A stretch of 64,000 nt of DNA from positions 4,108 through 68,107 of the forward strand of contig JANNOG010000111.1 of assembly GCA_031398915.1 (NCBI GenBank), in the 5' to 3' direction. Positions 16,019 through 25,500 of this stretch are shown here, piece by piece. Both the position numbers and the translations under genes were made by a program. Under the pieces are notes generated by a model, which searched no databases, was not told the DNA's origin, and worked only from the letters and a program-made list of their open reading frames with translations. The DNA comes from Micrococcales bacterium (lineage in GTDB: Bacteria > Actinomycetota > Actinomycetes > Actinomycetales > JBBAYJ01). The stretch's first letter is position 1. Each line of letters starts with the position of its first letter.

Positions 16019-17205
16019 CCGACTCGGCCGAGGTGGTCGTCGTCGGGGGTGGGATCCAGGGTTGCGCCACGGCGTGGGCCCTGACTGCGCGCGGTATCGG
16101 CGACGTCCTGGTCATCGAGCGCGACACCGTCGCATCCGGTGGCACCGGCAAGTCCAGCGGCATCGTCCGATGTCACTACGGAGTGCGCTCGTTGGCGGCG
16201 ATGGCCTGGCGCGGGACGCAGGTGCTGGAGAACGCAGAGGACGTCCTGGGGGCGGACGCGGGATTTCGTAGGACCGGCTATGTCGTCGGGGTCGGCGCCG
16301 CGAACGTGGCCGCGCTGCGGGCGACCGTGTCCATGCATGTCGACATCGGTATCGAGGTCGACCTGGTCACCCGCGACGAGGTCGCCGCGATGTGGCCGAG
16401 TGCCCACCTCGACGACTTCGCGGCGTTCGCCTACGAACCCCGCGGCGGATACGGCGACGGCCATCAGACGGCGAATGCCCTGGCCGGTGCGGCCAGGCGG
16501 GGTGGCGCGACGATCCGCCAGGGTTCGTCGGTGGTGGCTGTCGAGGCCCAGGGTGATCGGGTGTCGGGGGTTCGGCTCACGGACGGGACCACGATCTCGA
16601 CCGGCACAGTGGTCGTGGCCGCCGGTCCGTGGTCGTCGCCATTGGTCGCCCCACTCGGCGTCGATATCCCGATCCGAGTTCAATGTGAGCACGTGCTGAT
16701 GCTCGACCCCGGTCAGCCCCTGGGTGACGTCCCGGTATTCAGTGACCTGGTCTCGCTGCAGTACCTGCGGACGAGTACGTGGGGCGAACTGCTTCTCGGC
16801 AACAGCGACATGAGCACACCGGTGTGGGTCGACAGTGCCGACGGCTACAGCAACACCGTACCCACGACGTTCGTCGAGGACTCTGTCGAGAGGTTCGCAG
16901 GTCGATTTCCGCTTCTCGACGACGTTGCCCTGAGCTCGTCGTACGCCGGGTGCTACGACGTGACCCCCGATTACAATCCGGTGATGTCGGCGTCCCCCAT
17001 CGACGGCCTGTACATCGCGGCCGGCTTCAGCGGACACGGCTACAAGATCGCCCCTGCGGTGGGCGAACTCATGGCGGACCTGGTGTTGACCGGGGACAGC
17101 GGGAGTCCGAACGTCGACGCGCAAGACTTCCGGTTATCGAGATTCGCCGAGGGCACACCGCTGACCTCGCCGCATCCTTACATCGGTGCCGGGTCCATGC
17201 GATAG
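16015..17205 (+). CDS. FAD-dependent oxidoreductase (sarcosine-oxidase-beta / DAO family)
   Basis: The GTG at 16015 overlaps the previous stop (GTGA). N-terminal dinucleotide fold VVVVGGGIQGCATAWAL and GFSGHGYKIAPAVG near the C-terminus. Confidence 0.85.
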   Translation: MTDSAEVVVVGGGIQGCATAWALTARGIGDVLVIERDTVASGGTGKSSGIVRCHYGVRSLAAMAWRGTQVLENAEDVLGADAGFRRTGYVVGVGAANVAALRATVSMHVDIGIEVDLVTRDEVAAMWPSAHLDDFAAFAYEPRGGYGDGHQTANALAGAARRGGATIRQGSSVVAVEAQGDRVSGVRLTDGTTISTGTVVVAAGPWSSPLVAPLGVDIPIRVQCEHVLMLDPGQPLGDVPVFSDLVSLQYLRTSTWGELLLGNSDMSTPVWVDSADGYSNTVPTTFVEDSVERFAGRFPLLDDVALSSSYAGCYDVTPDYNPVMSASPIDGLYIAAGFSGHGYKIAPAVGELMADLVLTGDSGSPNVDAQDFRLSRFAEGTPLTSPHPYIGAGSMR

Positions 17206-17780
17206 GCCTTGACCGACAGGAAGCGGATCGGAACCTCCACCAACTCGGCGGGCCCGTGCGGGCCCTGACCGTCGAACTGCAAAGCGTCACCGGCTCGGAG
17301 TTCGTACGTCAGTTCGCCGTGCCCGTACCTCATGACCCCGTCGAGCATGTACAGGAACTCGGTGCCCGCGTGCTGAAAGAGCGGAAACACCTGACTGGTG
17401 GTACTCAACGTCACCAGCGTCGCTTCGAGGCGCTGGTTGCTGCCGCCCGCATGACCGAGCAATTCGTATCGATGACCTGCCTGAGTTCCGCTGCGAACGA
17501 CCAGGGATCCCTGGCCGGCAGCCACGAACGACGCCTCGGGAGCCTCGTCGAAGCCACGGAACAATGCGGTGACCGGGATCTCCAGGCCGGCCGCCAGCCG
17601 GCCGATCGTCGTCAGGCTGGAGGACGTCTGCGCGTTCTCGACCTTGGACAGCATGGCCTTGCTCAATCCGACCTTCGCGGCCAGCTCGCTGATCGAGAGC
17701 CCCGCTGCGAGCCGGTATAACCGCACTCGCTCGGCGATGACGTGTTCCAGTGCCCCCGGCTCGTCGGCACCGGCCGTCAT
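17178..17780 (-). CDS. XRE-family HTH + cupin-domain transcriptional regulator
   Basis: HTH region [35 protein letters not shown], then a cupin beta-barrel ([20 protein letters not shown]...GDALQFDG). The ATG overlaps the copA stop (ATGA at 17777..17780). Confidence 0.85.
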   Translation of the reverse strand: MTAGADEPGALEHVIAERVRLYRLAAGLSISELAAKVGLSKAMLSKVENAQTSSSLTTIGRLAAGLEIPVTALFRGFDEAPEASFVAAGQGSLVVRSGTQAGHRYELLGHAGGSNQRLEATLVTLSTTSQVFPLFQHAGTEFLYMLDGVMRYGHGELTYELRAGDALQFDGQGPHGPAELVEVPIRFLSVKAYRMDPAPM

Positions 17781-20179
17781 GACGCCGACTTGAGGCTGCG
17801 AAAACCCCTCAACCGCAGACTGTTCGCGACGACGAAGGCCGAACTCAACGCCATGGCACCGCCGGCGATCATCGGGTTGAGCAGCCCGGCAGCCGCCAGT
17901 GGGAGGGCGGCCACGTTGTACGCCAACGCCCAGAACAGGTTGCCCCGGATGGTCGTCAGGGTGCTGCGAGACAGCCGGATGGCGTCGGCCGCGACTCGCA
18001 GGTCACCCCTGACCAGCGTGATGTCGCTGGCCTGGATTGCGGCGTCGGTACCGCTGCCCATCGCGAGGCCCAGATCGGCTTGAGCGAGGGCGGCGGCGTC
18101 GTTGACCCCGTCGCCCACCATCGCGACCACCCGACCTCGTTCCTGGAGTCGCTTGACCACGGCCACCTTGTCACCGGGCAACACCTGCGAGATCACGCTC
18201 TCGGGGCCGGGATCGATGCCGACCTGCCGGGCCACCATGGCCGCAGCGGCACTGTTGTCGCCGGTCAACAGGATGGGGGTCAGGCCGAGCGAACGCAGGG
18301 CGGCGATCGCCTCTCGCGAGGTGGGCTTGACGGCGTCGGCGACGACCAGGACGGCCGCGGCTTGGCCCGCACCCTCGGCCACCGCACCCTCGGCGACCGC
18401 CCCCTCGGCCACCGCACCCTCGGCCACCGCACCCTCGGCCACCGCACCCTCGGCCACCGCACCCTCGGCCACCGCACCCTCGGCCACCGCACCCTCGCTC
18501 AAAACGGCGACCACCACCGGGGTCTGACCACGCGACTGCGCCTGCTCGATCGCCGAGCCCAATTCGGCATCGATCGCCACGCCGTGTTCGGCCATCAGTG
18601 AGGCACGTCCGACGATCACCCCACGACCGGCCACGACACCCCTGACGCCGAGGCCGGGCAGGCTGACGAAGTCGGTCACCGGAGGTAGGACGCCGACTCG
18701 CTCTCGCGCGCCTCGGGCGATTGCGGCCCCGATCGGGTGCTCGGACGCACTCTCCAGCGCGCCGGCCCACCGCAGGACCTCGGTGTCGTCGACTCCCCCA
18801 GCAACGTGGACGCCGAGCAGGGCCATCTGTCCGGTGGTCACCGTGCCCGTCTTGTCCAGCACGATGGTGTCCACCCGGCCGGTCGATTCCAGTACCTCGG
18901 GTCCCTTGATGAGGATGCCGAGCTGGGCTCCTCGGCCGGTACCGACCAGCAGGGCCGTCGGTGTCGCCAGCCCCAACGCGCACGGGCAGGCGATGATCAG
19001 GACGGCGACGGCCGCGGCGAAGGCGCCGGCCGGGGCCGCCCCGACGGCCAGCCAGACGACGAGGGTGCCGATGGCCAGTGCGATGACGATGGGGACGAAC
19101 ACACCGGAGATGCGGTCCGCGAGTCGTTGCACCCGCGCTTTCCCGTTCTGCGCCTGCTCCACCAGGGCGCCCATGTAGGCCAACTGCGTCTCGGCGCCGA
19201 CTCGCGTGGCACGGACCACCAGACGACCGCCCGCGTTGATCGTGGCTCCGATCACCCGATGGCCCGGACCCACCTCCTGCGGCACGGACTCGCCTGTCAG
19301 CAGGGCTGCATCGACGGCCGAGTTGCCGTCCTCGACCACACCGTCGGTGGCGATCTTGTCGCCCGGGCGAACGACGAACCGGTCACCCACCGTCAGCTCG
19401 CCGATAGGTCGGCTCACCTCGGTGTCGCCTCGCAGGATCACGACGTCCTTGGCGCCCAGGTCGAGTAGTGCATGAAGCGCGGCACCGGCCTGGCGCTTCG
19501 ATCGTGCCTCGAAGTACCGACCGGCAAGGAGGAACGTGGTCACCCCTGCGGCCACCTCCAGATAGATGCTGTCCGCCCCGCCGTCGCGTGAGACCGTCCA
19601 TTCGAATCCGTGCGTCATCCCCGCCATACCCGCGGTACCGAACAACAATGCATACAACGACCAACCGAATGCCGCCAGGACACCTATCGAGATGAGCGTG
19701 TCCATCGTGGTCGCGCCGTGGCGCGCATTGGTCCAGGCGGCCCGGTGGAAAGGCCAGGCGGCCCACACCGCAACCGGCGCGGCCAGGGTGAGTGAGATCC
19801 ATTGCCAGTTGGTGAACTGAAGCGCGGGGATCATGGCCATGGCGATCACCGGGATACTGAGCGATGAGCTGATCAGCAACCTGTCGCGCTGGGCACGTAA
19901 CGCGCCCGATGCTGCCGCCACCTCGGCATCCGGCACTTCCTCGGCGGCCGGGCGAGGGAGTGCGGCGCCGTACCCGGCCGCCTCGACCTGTTCGAGTAAT
20001 TCGGCCGGATCGATTCCGTCGGGCGCATGAATCGAGGCCCTCTCGGTGGCATAATTGACGGTGGCGGTCACTCCCGCCATCTTGTTGAGTTTGCGCTCGA
20101 TACGATTGGCACACGACGCGCATGTCATTCCGGTGATCGCGAGTTCGATATCGGTCACGTTGGTCGTTGTCGTCCTCAT
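17777..20179 (-). CDS. copA: Copper-translocating P1B-type ATPase
   Basis: N-terminal metal-binding domain [12 protein letters not shown], transmembrane CPC motif ([13 protein letters not shown]), phosphorylation site DKTGTVT, and [10 protein letters not shown]. Confidence 0.95.
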   Translation of the reverse strand: MRTTTTNVTDIELAITGMTCASCANRIERKLNKMAGVTATVNYATERASIHAPDGIDPAELLEQVEAAGYGAALPRPAAEEVPDAEVAAASGALRAQRDRLLISSSLSIPVIAMAMIPALQFTNWQWISLTLAAPVAVWAAWPFHRAAWTNARHGATTMDTLISIGVLAAFGWSLYALLFGTAGMAGMTHGFEWTVSRDGGADSIYLEVAAGVTTFLLAGRYFEARSKRQAGAALHALLDLGAKDVVILRGDTEVSRPIGELTVGDRFVVRPGDKIATDGVVEDGNSAVDAALLTGESVPQEVGPGHRVIGATINAGGRLVVRATRVGAETQLAYMGALVEQAQNGKARVQRLADRISGVFVPIVIALAIGTLVVWLAVGAAPAGAFAAAVAVLIIACPCALGLATPTALLVGTGRGAQLGILIKGPEVLESTGRVDTIVLDKTGTVTTGQMALLGVHVAGGVDDTEVLRWAGALESASEHPIGAAIARGARERVGVLPPVTDFVSLPGLGVRGVVAGRGVIVGRASLMAEHGVAIDAELGSAIEQAQSRGQTPVVVAVLSEGAVAEGAVAEGAVAEGAVAEGAVAEGAVAEGAVAEGAVAEGAGQAAAVLVVADAVKPTSREAIAALRSLGLTPILLTGDNSAAAAMVARQVGIDPGPESVISQVLPGDKVAVVKRLQERGRVVAMVGDGVNDAAALAQADLGLAMGSGTDAAIQASDITLVRGDLRVAADAIRLSRSTLTTIRGNLFWALAYNVAALPLAAAGLLNPMIAGGAMALSSAFVVANSLRLRGFRSLKSAS
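18364..18496 (-). repeat. In-frame 15-bp tandem repeat (about 8.9 copies of GGCCACCGCACCCTC) encoding (EGAVA)n inside copA
   Basis: Eight full units span 18377..18496, with a partial unit at 18364. One unit (18392..18406, GGCGACCGCCCCCTC) differs only at synonymous positions. The protein reads [12 protein letters not shown]...EGAGQAA. Confidence 0.95.
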
Positions 20180-20196
20180 GTGCGGCGCCCTTCGGA

Positions 20197-20418
20197 TCAG
20201 CTGGCGATTGAGTATCCGGCCTCGTCCACAGCGGCACGGACCTGTTCGGGGTCGAGGTCGCGATCGCTGACGACCTGAACCTCGCCGGTCGAGAGATCCA
20301 CGGTCACCGCCTGCACGCCCTCGATCTCGCCGATCTCCTCGGTGACGGATGCGACGCAGTGATCGCAGGTCATGCCGCTGACGGTGTACGTGGTGGTGGT
20401 GTCACTGGTGTCGCTCAC
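20197..20418 (-). CDS. copZ: Heavy-metal-associated copper chaperone
   Basis: [19 protein letters not shown] (MxCxxC). I chose the GTG at 20418, which has a GAAGGGA Shine-Dalgarno sequence 6 nt upstream, instead of the longer listed ORF. Confidence 0.85.
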   Translation of the reverse strand: MSDTSDTTTTYTVSGMTCDHCVASVTEEIGEIEGVQAVTVDLSTGEVQVVSDRDLDPEQVRAAVDEAGYSIAS

Positions 20419-20458
20419 GTGCTGTCCCTTCGATCGTGTGCTCGGCGTGGGTGGGCGC

Positions 20459-20740
20459 TCACGAACGAACCAGGCGGGCAATGGCCGCGCTGGCCTCGGC
20501 CACCTTGTCGTCGGCGATCTGACCGCCTTGGGCCACAGCCTCCGTGACGCAGTGGCGGAGGTGCTCGTCGAGCAGACCCAGCGCCACCGCCTCGAGCGCC
20601 TTGGTCGCGGCCGACACCTGGGTCAGGACCTCGATGCAGTACTTGTCGTCCTCGATCATCTTGGCGATCCCGCGAACCTGACCCTCGATGCGACGCATCC
20701 GCTTGAGGTAGGCGTCCTTGTCCTGTGCGTAGCCGTTCAT
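20459..20740 (-). CDS. csoR: CsoR-family copper-sensing repressor
   Basis: KRMRRIEGQVRGIAKMIEDDKYCIEVLTQVSA...LDEHLRHC carries the CsoR C-H-C ligand pattern. I chose the ATG at 20740 (GGAGG 5 nt upstream), which leaves the operator outside the CDS. Confidence 0.9.
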   Translation of the reverse strand: MNGYAQDKDAYLKRMRRIEGQVRGIAKMIEDDKYCIEVLTQVSAATKALEAVALGLLDEHLRHCVTEAVAQGGQIADDKVAEASAAIARLVRS

Positions 20741-20760
20741 CGGCACCTCCAGCCAGAACA

Positions 20761-20775
20761 TACCATAGGGGGGTA
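20761..20775. promoter_or_regulatory. CsoR-type operator TACCATAGGGGGGTA
   Basis: TACC-n4-G-rich-GGTA pseudo-palindrome about 20 nt upstream of the csoR ATG. As I recall it, the B. subtilis copZA operator has the same form (TACCCTACGGGGGTA). Confidence 0.55.
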
Positions 20776-20852
20776 CTGTATCCGAAGCAGGCCGGGGGCG
20801 GGCCCGGGGGCGAGGCCGGGGGGCGTTGGGCGGCTGAGGGGGTGTTGGGCGG

Positions 20853-21704
20853 CTAGGGGTGGGCGGTGGTGTCGAAGCGCTCGGGACCGAGTACCGCCAG
20901 CAGTTGCAGCTTCTCGTACCCCTCGGTGCCCGGTGATGCGGTGAAGACCAGGAGGCTCTGGGCTCGATTCTCGGTGAAGAGGAATTGACATTCGAGATCG
21001 ATGTGCCCCAACTCGGGGTGAACCACGGTCTTTCGGTCGTCCACCCTCACTGCGACCTCGTGCTGTTCCCACACCTCGACGAACTCCGGACTGCGTGCCA
21101 GCAGTCGGTGCACGATATGCGCCGCTCGCCCGTCGGCATCACCCTGGGTAAGGGCCGCCCGGAGCCCGGCCGCCTGCACTCGGCTCTGGTAGGCATGGTC
21201 TTCCGTTGGGTACAGGTGCCGCTCGTCCGGATCGGTGAACCATCGGTAGTAGGCACTTCGGGCCGCTCCGGAAAACGTGGTTCTGTCCCCCAGCAGCGCG
21301 ACGGCCAACCGGTTCTGCACCAGTGTCTCTGCGAGGTCGGAGATGACCATGGCCGGCGTGTCGTCCAGCCGATCAAGGACTCGCATCAACCCTGGACTGA
21401 CATGTTCGGATCGGCGAACCCGGTTGGGTGCGTTATGACCTGCCAGCAGGAACAGGTGGTCCCGTTCATCCAGATTGAGTCGCAGGCCTCGGGCGATCGC
21501 GGCGATCATCTGCTCGGACGGTCGCGGACCGCGACGTTGTTCCAGTCGGGCGTAGTAATCGGTCGACATACCGGACAGGGCGGCAACGTCGTCGCGCCGC
21601 AACCCCGTGGCACGCCGACGAGGTCCCTTGACCAGGCCTATGTCCTCCGGTTGCAGCGCCTCGCGGCGTCGGCGCAGGAAATCAGCCAGGCCGATTCTGT
21701 CCAC
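20853..21704 (-). CDS. MmyB-like XRE-family transcriptional regulator
   Basis: N-terminal LADFLRRRREAL...GLRRDDVAALSGMSTDYYARLEQRRG...LNLDERDHLFLLAG, plus a C-terminal ligand-binding-like domain. It is divergent from an SDR gene, which is a common pairing. Confidence 0.85.
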   Translation of the reverse strand: MDRIGLADFLRRRREALQPEDIGLVKGPRRRATGLRRDDVAALSGMSTDYYARLEQRRGPRPSEQMIAAIARGLRLNLDERDHLFLLAGHNAPNRVRRSEHVSPGLMRVLDRLDDTPAMVISDLAETLVQNRLAVALLGDRTTFSGAARSAYYRWFTDPDERHLYPTEDHAYQSRVQAAGLRAALTQGDADGRAAHIVHRLLARSPEFVEVWEQHEVAVRVDDRKTVVHPELGHIDLECQFLFTENRAQSLLVFTASPGTEGYEKLQLLAVLGPERFDTTAHP

Positions 21705-21805
21705 GCCTCATCATCACAGCGAACAGGCGCGCGAACCAGGGACCGGCGATCCATGGATGAACGCTCCTCTCGCGCTCGTCTCAACGGCCCGACACTGTGA
21801 CGAGC

Positions 21806-22573
21806 ATGAAGACGACAGGAAACACGATCCTCATCACCGGCGGTACCTCGGGGATCGGCCTCGGGCTGGCCCTGCGATTTCACGACGCCGGCAATACGGT
21901 GATCATCGCCGGTCGTCGCGAGCACCTTCTCGACCAGATCGCCGCAGAACACCCCGGTATCCACACTCAGGTGCTGGATGTCTCGGACCCGACGTCGATT
22001 GCCTCCGCTCACCAGACGCTGACCGACCGATACCCCGGCCTGAATGTCCTGGTCAACAATGCGGGCATCATGCAACCCGAATTCGCGCTCGATCGGGAAG
22101 CACTCGTTGTCGCCGAGACCACCATCGCCACCAACCTGCTCGCGCCCATTCGCCTCAGTTACGCATTCGCCCCGTTCTTGGCGAACCGGCCCGATGTCGT
22201 CATCATCAACGTGACTTCCGGACTGGCATTCGTTCCGTTGTCCCTGACGCCGACGTACAGCGCCAGCAAGGCGGCCCTGCATTCGTTCACCGAGAGCCTT
22301 CGGCTCCAGCTGGCCGACGCGGGGATACAGGTGATCGAGATGATTCCCCCGCTCACCGCGACCACCCTGATGGGATCTCAGGACAACCCGATGGCGATGC
22401 CATTGGAGGACCTGTTGACCGAGTCACTGGCGATCCTCGACACCCGACCCGACGTGGAGCAGGTAATCGTCGAGCGGGTGAAGCAGCTACGGTTCGCCGA
22501 GGCGACGGGTACCTACGACGCCGTCCTCGCCGGGCTCAACCGCCGGAGCGCGCCCCCCGCGGCCGCACGGTAA
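21806..22573 (+). CDS. SDR-family oxidoreductase
   Basis: MKTTGNTILITGGTSGIGLGLA (TGxxxGxG), NNAGI and YSASKAAL (YxxxK). The listed ORF begins at a GTG at 21797. The ATG at 21806 gives the usual SDR N-terminus. Confidence 0.9.
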   Translation: MKTTGNTILITGGTSGIGLGLALRFHDAGNTVIIAGRREHLLDQIAAEHPGIHTQVLDVSDPTSIASAHQTLTDRYPGLNVLVNNAGIMQPEFALDREALVVAETTIATNLLAPIRLSYAFAPFLANRPDVVIINVTSGLAFVPLSLTPTYSASKAALHSFTESLRLQLADAGIQVIEMIPPLTATTLMGSQDNPMAMPLEDLLTESLAILDTRPDVEQVIVERVKQLRFAEATGTYDAVLAGLNRRSAPPAAAR

Positions 22574-25500
22574 GCAGGCCACCGATCAGAATCATGAGGA
22601 CCCCCGCGAGCACCAGCACCCCGACCTCGGTCCCGGTCCGTGACAGCGCTGCGGGCTGGCCGGAGGTCGGGGGCGGAGTGGGCGACGGCGTCGGACCAGG
22701 CGTCGGGCCCGGTGTGGGACCGGGCGTGGGGCCGGGTGGGGTGTCTGCGGCTTCGACCTCGACGGCGATCGACGAGGTCGTGCTCGCACCCTCGGCGTCG
22801 GTCACCCGGTAGGTGACTTCGGCCGTTCCGGAGAACCCGGCAAGGGACGTGAAGGTGATCCGGCCCGTCGCAGGGTCCACCTGCCACGTCCCGACACCGG
22901 CCACCACCAGCACCTGGACCAGTGATCCGTCCGGTGCGACCAACCGGACGCTGGACGGGTCGAGTGGGCTGCCGCCGGTGTCGTTGGCCAGCGGATCGAT
23001 GGTCACCGGCGCCCCGGACGTCGCCACCGCCTGGTCGGGGACCGCGACAGGTCGTTCGACGACCGTCAGTGAGACCTCGGCCCCGGTGGTGACGCCATCG
23101 GTATCGGCGACGACGTAGCGAACGGGCGGAACGTCCCCGATGAACCCTGCCAACGGGACGAACGTCAGAGTCCCCGCGACGTCGTCGACGGTCCACGTCC
23201 CGGCCCCGTCGATCACCAGCGTGGTGACCGGATCGCCGGCGGCGTCCAGCAGACGCAGCGTGGCGGGGTCGAGGGGGGCGTTGGTCACGCCCGGGCCGTC
23301 GTTGGCCAGGACCGAGACCGTGATGGGTCCTCCCGCCGTGCCGCGGACCATGTCGTTCGAGGCCACCGGCGGGACCGCGGTGACGGTCACGGTCATCGCC
23401 GCCCTGACCACGGTTCCGACGCTGTCGGTGACCTGGTAGGACACCGGGCTGGATTGGCCCGTGAAGCTGACCAGCGGGATGAAGGTCACCAGACCGGCCG
23501 CATCGACGGACCACTGACCCTGGCCTGACACGACCAGAGAGGTTACGGGCACGCCGTCGGCGTCCAGCAACCGGACAGAGGCCGGGTCGAAGATGGCGCC
23601 CGAGTCCGACGGCTGATCGTTGACCAGCGGCTCGATGGTCGTCGACATGCCCTGGCTGGTCGTCGCGGTGTCGTCGGCCGCGACCGGTGCCGAGGCGATC
23701 GTCACCGTGACCAAAGCGGTGGCAGCGGTGCCGTTGGTGTCCAGGACGCGATACGTGACAGTGGCCGATCCAGCGAACCCGGCGACCGGGGTGAAGGTGA
23801 TCGCGCCGGTGACGGCATCGACCGTCCACGTGCCGACCTGGGACACGACCAGCGTGGACACGGGACCCGAGTCCGACAGGATCCGCACCGAGGCGGCCAC
23901 CAGAGGTCCACCACTGGTGCCCGCGGCGTCGTTGTCCAGGACGTCGACGACGACCGCCGCTGCGGTGGGTCCGGAGGCCAGGTCGTCGTTGGCGACCGGA
24001 GTGACACCCGAGACCACCGCCCTCAGTTCGGCACGGGCACTCACGCCGTCACCGTCGAGCACCTGGTACGTCACCGCGGACGTGGTCCCCCGATAGCTCG
24101 CCAGTGGGGTGAACGTCGCGGTGGACGAGGTCAGCGACCACGTCCCCTCACCGGCAACGACCAGGGTCGTCACCAGCGCGCCCGAGTCGGCCACGAACCG
24201 GACCGACGCCGGGTTCAGCGGCGAGCCGGAGTTGGACGGAGCGTCGTTGGCGAGCGCGTCGAACGAGACCGCAACTCCCTGCGCCGTGCCCACGGTGTCG
24301 TCGGCGGCCAGCGGAGAGCCGAAGACGGTCACCGTCAGGTCCGCGGTGGCCGGCGTCCCGTTGCTGTCGCGCACGACGTAGCTCAGCCGTGCGTCTCCGT
24401 CGAACGTCGACAGCGGCACGAACGTCACGGTGCCACCGGAGATGGTCCAGGTTCCCTCGCCGGCCACCGTGACCGAGGTCGCCTCGGCTCCCGTGTCGTC
24501 GATCAGGCGCGCACTTGCCGGGGCGAGGGACGTGGTGCCCGATCCCGGCGAGTCGTTGGCGAGCACCGCGAAGGACACGCTGCGACCCGACGGGGTCGAT
24601 GCCTCGTCGTCGACGGCGATCGGCGTGACTGCGGTGACCGTGACGCTCAGCGTGGCCGATGCCGTGACGCCGTCGGAATCCTCGACCACGTAGGCGACGA
24701 CGCCGGCCTGGCCGGTGAAAGCGGCCAGTGGGGTGAATGTCACCCGGCCGGTGGTGGCCGACGCGCTCCAGGTGCCCTCGCCCGGCACGACCAGCGTCGG
24801 GGTCCGGGCACCGGCGGCGTCGATCAACCGGACGCTGCCCGGCTCGAAGGGCGACCCCGAGTTCGACGTCGTGTCGTCGGCCAGGACGTCGAGAGTCACT
24901 GCAGTGTTCTGCGGGGTGGTCACGGAGTCGTCCTGGGCGATCGGGGCGGTGAACACGGTGACCGTGATGCCCGCCGTCGACGTCGTGCCGTTCGCGTCCG
25001 CCACCTGGTAGGTGACGCTGACGTCGCCGGCGAATCCGATGGTGGCGGCGAACGTCACCTCACCCGTTGCGATGTCCACCGAGAACGTTCCACCCGGCAC
25101 CTCGAGTTCGGTCACCACGGCACCGTCGTCGTCGACCAGGCGCACCGAGCCGGCCACGATGGGCGTGCCCACCGCCCCGGCGACGTCGTTGGCGGCCGGG
25201 GAGAGCACGACGCCGAGCCCAGCAGGGCTGCTCGCGGTGTCGTCGACCGCGGTCGGTGTGATGGCGGTCACCGTGACCGTGACCTGCGCTCGATCCGTGA
25301 CCCCGTCCTGGTCGCTGACCTGGTAGGCCAGCGGAGTCGTCGCTCCGGTGAACATCGGCTCGGGGGTGAACGTGATGTCGCCGGTGGCGGTGTCCACCGA
25401 CCACCTGCCCTCACCGCCGACGATCACCTGGGTGGCCAGAGAACCGTCCGGTGCCACCAGGAGCACCGACGCCGGGTCCAGCGGCGAGCCACTCAACGCC

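Noticed and set aside
22680-22745. 12-bp tandem repeat near the adhesin 3' end as an independent element
   Set aside because: It is the in-frame (PGPT)n stalk linker of the adhesin and is explained by that CDS.
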